The notes under the pieces were generated by a model, which saw only the letters and a program-made list of their open reading frames with translations, searched no databases and was not told the origin of the DNA. This document shows, piece by piece, positions 57,187 through 64,000 of a DNA stretch of 64,000 nt. Origin of the DNA: the human T2T-CHM13v2.0 reference genome, Homo sapiens; assembly GCF_009914755.1 (NCBI RefSeq), contig NC_060925.1. One strand, 5' to 3'. The number at the start of each line of letters is the position of its first letter. The stretch's first letter is position 1. The position numbers and the translations under genes were made by a program.

Positions 57187-57530
57187 TTACTGGTTTTTTT
57201 TGTGGGTCAAAAACAATCTAATATCAGCAGTTTCATATCATTTGACCTAATAAAAGCAGCATTTGCGGAGTGATACTCTGGAAGTTTCAACCGTATTGGT
57301 AATGTTTTATTTTTTATACTGAGTGGTAGGTTTATAGATTCCTTATATTCTTAATTTTCTTGTGGTTTTAAATATTTCATAATCATCTTTTTAAAATAAT
57401 TTAAACATTAGCAAAAAAAGAGTTAAGTCTCATCAAATAATTTAAACAATCTCTTTACGTAATGCTTATTCGCATCAGGAAAATAACACCTGGTTTTCTC
57501 AACATCCTCAGACATTCATCCTTTTCTCTA

Positions 57531-57889
<359 letters not shown>

Positions 57890-58304
57890 TTAAAACATAA
57901 TAATAAAAATAAAAAAATAAAGAAGAAGAATCCAGAGACCCCAAGTGGAATGTTCTTTAACTCTTCTGGCCTCTGGGACAATGCCCCTTCTCCATCTGCC
58001 CACTGCTTGCCCTACTGGTGTTCGCGGTTGAAATTTGTGGTTCAAGACCGTGTGGGTACAACTTGTGAGCTGGTCCCACTCAGGTTGCCCAGGCCTCGTG
58101 GCTCTCCCTCAACCTCCTTTCAACTCTCTGGCTCTACGGGTCCCTCTAAGTTTGTCTGAGGGGCCCCTTTGGCCCTGAACTTGGGGTGGTTCACTCTGCA
58201 GTCCTCACTGCAGTGTCACCTTGCCCTACTAAGGCTGCCTCCTCCAGCAAGCTTCTCAGCCACTGTGGCTCTCCCTCATAGCACCCCAGGAAAGCGGGGC
58301 CTCA

Positions 58305-58604
<300 letters not shown>

Positions 58605-58657
58605 TTATCATTTTTGTTATTATTAATATCCTTAGTGGGTAAGTGGGCCGCTATTGA

Positions 58658-58849
<192 letters not shown>

Positions 58850-58880
58850 TAGGATTACAAGTGCCCACCACCACGCCTAG

Positions 58881-59066
<186 letters not shown>

Positions 59067-59188
59067 TGAAAGTGGCCAGATTGGAGTGTGTGTAATGGGG
59101 GGAAGAAATGGGTGTAAAGATAGAAAGTTTCAGTCACAAACTTGTTAGCATGACAGAGAGCTCCCCTACTTGAGAAGGGACAAAGTCA

Positions 59189-59558
<370 letters not shown>

Positions 59559-61099
59559 TTAGAAATAAATAATAAGGGGAAAAAAGATAAATAAAAATTC
59601 AAATTTTAAAATAAAGTAAAATAGATCCATGGGGGTATCTGATGACATGATATTCCAGCAACTCAGATTTCTCTGGGACTCCACTGGAGACAGATCTTTC
59701 AGGCACATTTGTAATATGTCCACTGCCCAGGGGACAGGATAGAAGAGCCATAGAAAAAAAGGGAACTTGGCAGAATTGCCTTTGTATAACTTTCTTTCAG
59801 TAAAGAAAGTTATAGCTTTCTTTACTGAAATAATAGCTTTAAAGAGACAAATTATTCACAAATCATTAGTAGGAAATGTTGAGATGAGATGATAAGCAAG
59901 AAAGGTAATTAAAGTCTGTACTATTCTTAAAATGAAATACTGTCTAAGTATAGAGGAATAAATTAGATGACTTTTCAACCTTTCCAATCTAAGCATCCTT
60001 AAAAAGTTCCACTGTCTAGCACAGTGGTTTTTAAACATTTTTTGACAGCCACCCACAGTAAAAAGCATATTCTACATCTTGACTGGCTACACACAAACAC
60101 ACAGTACTTTTCATGATTCAGATTGTATGAAAGACTACTGATATTCACTATGTGATAGCTTTCTATTCTCTTTTATTACACCTCTTTTTTTTTTTTTTTT
60201 TTTTGAGACAGTGTCTTGCTCCGTTGCCCAAGCTGGAGTGCAGTGGCTTATAAAACATGGCTCACTGCAGCCTTGAACTCCTGGGCTCATGCAATCCTCC
60301 TGCCTCAGCCTCTGGAGTAGCTGGGACCACAGAAGTGCACCACCACACCCGGCTAGTTTTATTTTTATTTGTAGAGATGGGATCTCCCTATGTTGCCCAG
60401 TCTGGTCTCCAACCTGGGGCCTCAAGTGTTCCCCCTGCCTCGGCCTCCCAAAGTGCAGGGATTACAGCTTGGGCCACTGTGCCCAGCCCTTTCTTCCATC
60501 ATTCCGTCCTCTCCTTCCTTCTTAATACTGCTTGTCAAACTGATTTTGCCACCCAGTTTGAAAAAGAAGGTCTAGAGGATTATCCCAATCATTAACTATT
60601 TCTGCAGGTTAGCTTACCTTTCCAGAATACAGAATAGAATTCAGCAAACTGCCTCAAAGAGCAGTTTCTAGATTTGACTTCTTCCTCTAGGGTTTATGAA
60701 GTCATCATACTGAAGTGACCTGGATTTCCCTATACGTGAACCTCATGACGTGGGAGCCCGGGGTAGGGAGGGACAGATAACATGAGAATCAATAGAAAGA
60801 ACTGCAAGGTCTGAAGACAAGAACCATTTGTCTAGTGGAGTCTATTTTATATCCATTTTTTAAAAATCTCCATTTAAGATATTTAGCTTCAACGTGCACC
60901 TTGACCAATTAATCCAACAAACAAAACTCTGGCTTGGGGGCCCAGTTACTCACTTTCATGGAAAGAGACTTCTGTTTTTAGAACCAGGGATCTTGTGAGT
61001 CCCTCCCACGTCCCCAGCCCTTCTCTGGCCTCGGGTAACTTTTCCCTCCAGTTTGGTGGAAGGTTACATTAGAAGAAAATAGTCCCTACCGTCTAGAAA

Positions 61100-61400
61100 G
61101 TTTTCGGGGGGGGAAAAAAGGGCGTTGGACGTGCGGGTGGGTGGGTATACCGGGAGGGGACAGCTGGAGCCGCGAAGGCGCGGGGGCCCGCGGCGCGTGG
61201 GTGTGGAGGCCGCGGGGCGGCAGGAGGCACTGGGAAGCGGGGTGAAGAGCACCGAAGTCCAGAAAAGGGCAGTGTCCGCCCTGCGCTCCTCTGCTGGCGC
61301 CCGCAACCCGGGAGGGAGCGGCGAGGCTCCGAAGGGTGGGATTCGAGGTCTGAACCCTCGAGTGGGCTTGGGTTTTCAGGAGCCGCCTTTTCTTATTGAT
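61100..61400. promoter_or_regulatory. Small orphan CpG island, candidate enhancer or promoter ~14 kb upstream of POGZ
   Basis: About 300 bp of non-Alu, CpG-dense sequence with GC boxes (GGGGCGG, CCGCCC) in AT-rich flanks. Confidence 0.65.
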
Positions 61401-63618
61401 CATTTCTCTTTTGTCATCATAATCTCTTGGCCTCAGACTGAGTTAAGGGAGCCATAGTAGGAGTGCAGAAAATGAAGTGGAGGAAAAAAAAATGTGATAT
61501 TTAAAATATAGTTTTTCCTACTTTCTTTTTCTCTCTCAAATTAATTTAGATGTAAATAACATTTTAACAGGGCCCAACATCAGGCTCCTAGGCTCTGGCT
61601 GCTGGTCTCACTTGACACCAGAATAAGATTTTGGTGTGCTAGTAATTTTGCCAAATGGAGGCCTACTCCCCAAAACATCACCGTGGTGCATGATGAACAT
61701 TTCTGTAGGTGATGACGTGGAGTTTTTGTTTTACTTCATTCTAATACATGTCCCTGCTTCAAGTGGGTAAAATTATACCTAGCTCAGCCCAGGTTTAATT
61801 CAGATTATTTAAAAAATTTCAGTGGCAAGTAATTTACGAGCTTCTCTTTATTAAGATTTAGGAAATTTTGCTTTATTGCGCATGCATTTTAAGTATTTTT
61901 TTGCTGTGTTCCTAGTGTAGATAGAAAACAACCTGTCACTGTCTCCTAGTTGGCCCTGTCAACAAACATTTGAGAAGTGCTTAGATCAGAATGCTGTTGA
62001 GTACTACAAATTAAACAATCTGATGTACTTGTTAATTTCATTACAAACAGCAGTTAGGATTTCATATACATATAGTCTGTACCATGCTATATATCAGAAA
62101 TCTTTGTAAATATAAACTCCTTAAATATAGGGACCCAGTTTTATTCTTCAGCGAAAGGGAGTTAATCTTTTGGTGTTGTGCATTTAGAAGGATCTCGGAT
62201 GTAAGAGGCTCATTAAATGATAGCTGTTAGTATTATTTATCTTGGTATCTTCCAAAGGGCTTTGCACATGGCTAACACTAAGAAATATTGGTTGAATGAA
62301 TGAAGGTGCCATGCCCATACTGCGATATACACAGAGAAAAGACCAGGATGGGGACACTAGCACAGTGATTTCATTTCATCAGTGAAGCTTTGTGTGGAAG
62401 TGTCCCTCCTGCAGCCCTTTTACCAGATGCAGGCTCCCTTGACCTTGGATTGTGGACCACTTAAAATTTTCAGGGGAAAAAGTGTGCCTAATTAGCTAGT
62501 AGGGCCTAACCTCTTGTCAAGATGGAACTTGAGAAGTTTGTCTAAGTATGGAAAAGCTAAGCTCACTTGACACAGATCACGGGAAGAAAGATTTCTGCAT
62601 GTTATTCAAGTTATTCACGTCAAAAGCGATTAGGGGGCCCCAGCTTCCATTACATCATTCATTAGGAAAATGTGTGCTGGGAGCTCTGCAAATCACATGA
62701 TTTGATGGAGGCATTGAGACTGGGTTTCTTGTGTGTCTGCCCTTGGCCATATTCAGTTTTTAGTATGTTTGGAAAAGGCTGAAGCAGAACATGAAGATCT
62801 AGTTTATTTTAATGCTGTCAGACAGCTAAATGGTGGAAACTTGTTGAAGAGATTTACTGAGCTGTTTCCTTAGATTGAAGACTTTAGAGAATTAATTAAC
62901 AGGGTTCTGAGAGATACAACATGCCAGACCCCTACTGACTCTAAGAGTGTACTTTCTTACTGATATGATGTGATAGCTGAGCACAGTATATGTGAAACTG
63001 CTGGGGAGTAATACAAGAGCAGTGCTGATGTGTTCTAAGACATGCAGGTGTTCAGATGAGAACTGGCCATGACAACTGAGTCAGCCAGGCACTGGACTCA
63101 TTTCCTTTTGCTTAAGCACCATGAGCTCAGTAGAAGCACAGACTTTCACAAGGTGCTGAACTACTTGGTGAAAATGAAGTCACAATTTTGGAAGAGCTTC
63201 ACTGATTTTGATGTGTAGGTATTGTTTCACGTTTTAGCTGTTGCTTTTAGAATGCATGCCTTAAGATGGTTCTCAGTTATCATGCTATATCTATGCCACG
63301 CCATTTCTAGAGCAAGTAACTTAGCTGAAAGTGACTATACCTATAAGAAAACAAATATCCCTGTAGAGACATTTGTAGATGAATTGTGGAAGTACTCTAA
63401 AATTTTTGGCCAGATTTTGGGGAATGTTTGAGTCTAGCTGGTACAGAAAGTACATTCTGTTTTATGAAAATAGCAACATTGAAGTGAAAAGATATCATTA
63501 ATGTATACATGTAGTCAGAAATTGAATGTGCCCTGGCTGATTGCAATTTATTTATTCACTTAATGCGTATTTATTGAGTACAAGGCCTTAGAGTTTCCTC
63601 AGTTCTTATAGTCTGTAA

Positions 63619-63800
63619 CAGTGCCATTCCATAGGAATGTAATGAGAGCCACATATATAATTTACAATTTTCTAGTAGCCACATTAAAAAATTAAAAAGA
63701 AACTGATAAAATTAATGTTAATATTAATATATTTTATTTCACCAAATATATCTAAAAATATATCTAAAATATTATCCTAATATGTAATTAATATACTTTT
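63619..63800 (+). mobile_element. MER33 fragment
   Basis: GAGCCACATATATAATTTACAATTTTCTAGTAGCCACATTAAAAA matches the recalled MER33 consensus. Confidence 0.75.
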
Positions 63801-64000
63801 ATTGGTTTTTTTTTTTTTGTTTTTTTTTTTTTTTTGGGGACAGGGTCTCACTCTGTCACCCAGGCTGGAGTGCAGTGACACAATCATGGTTCATTGCAGC
63901 CTCAACCTTCTGGGCTCAGATGCTCCTCCCACCTCAGCCTCGTGAGTAGCTGAGACCACAGGCATTTGCCACCAGCTAATTTTTTGTATTTTTTTGTAGA

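Noticed and set aside
61283-61300. CTCF-like CCAGCAGAGGAGCGC on the minus strand
   Set aside because: The 3' half is out of register with the CTCF consensus; not supportable without ChIP data.
61690-61780. Two RTGATGA (C-box-like) motifs suggesting a C/D snoRNA
   Set aside because: No CTGA D box at a suitable distance and no terminal stem.

Overview
Primate (almost certainly human, 1q21.3) genomic DNA containing the 5' part of POGZ (pogo transposable element derived with ZNF domain) on the minus strand. It holds a CpG-island promoter and non-coding exon 1 (~46.2-47.3 kb), coding exons 2-10 complete and exon 11 cut by the left edge; the spliced exons give one continuous ORF from [10 protein letters not shown] through four zinc fingers. 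About 17 kb of upstream intergenic DNA follows, with a second, orphan CpG island at ~61.1-61.4 kb. The window is very Alu-rich (about 80 copies or fragments by manual count), and most ORF-track entries are Alu or GC-rich artefacts. It also contains an RNY4 retropseudogene, Tigger and hAT MITEs, and L1/L2/MIR/MLT fragments. I see no wholly new gene system. The best leads are: (i) a decayed pogo/Tigger transposase fossil head-to-head with POGZ ~3 kb upstream; (ii) a multi-step template-switch scar at ~55.2-55.6 kb; (iii) a weak exon 7 donor followed by a stop and AATAAA, predicting a 363-aa zinc-finger-less isoform; (iv) an 81-nt stop-free in-frame intron; (v) an exon 4-10 block that would back-splice into a stop-free 1395-nt circle. 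Gene and repeat identities come from recalled sequences, not from database searches.
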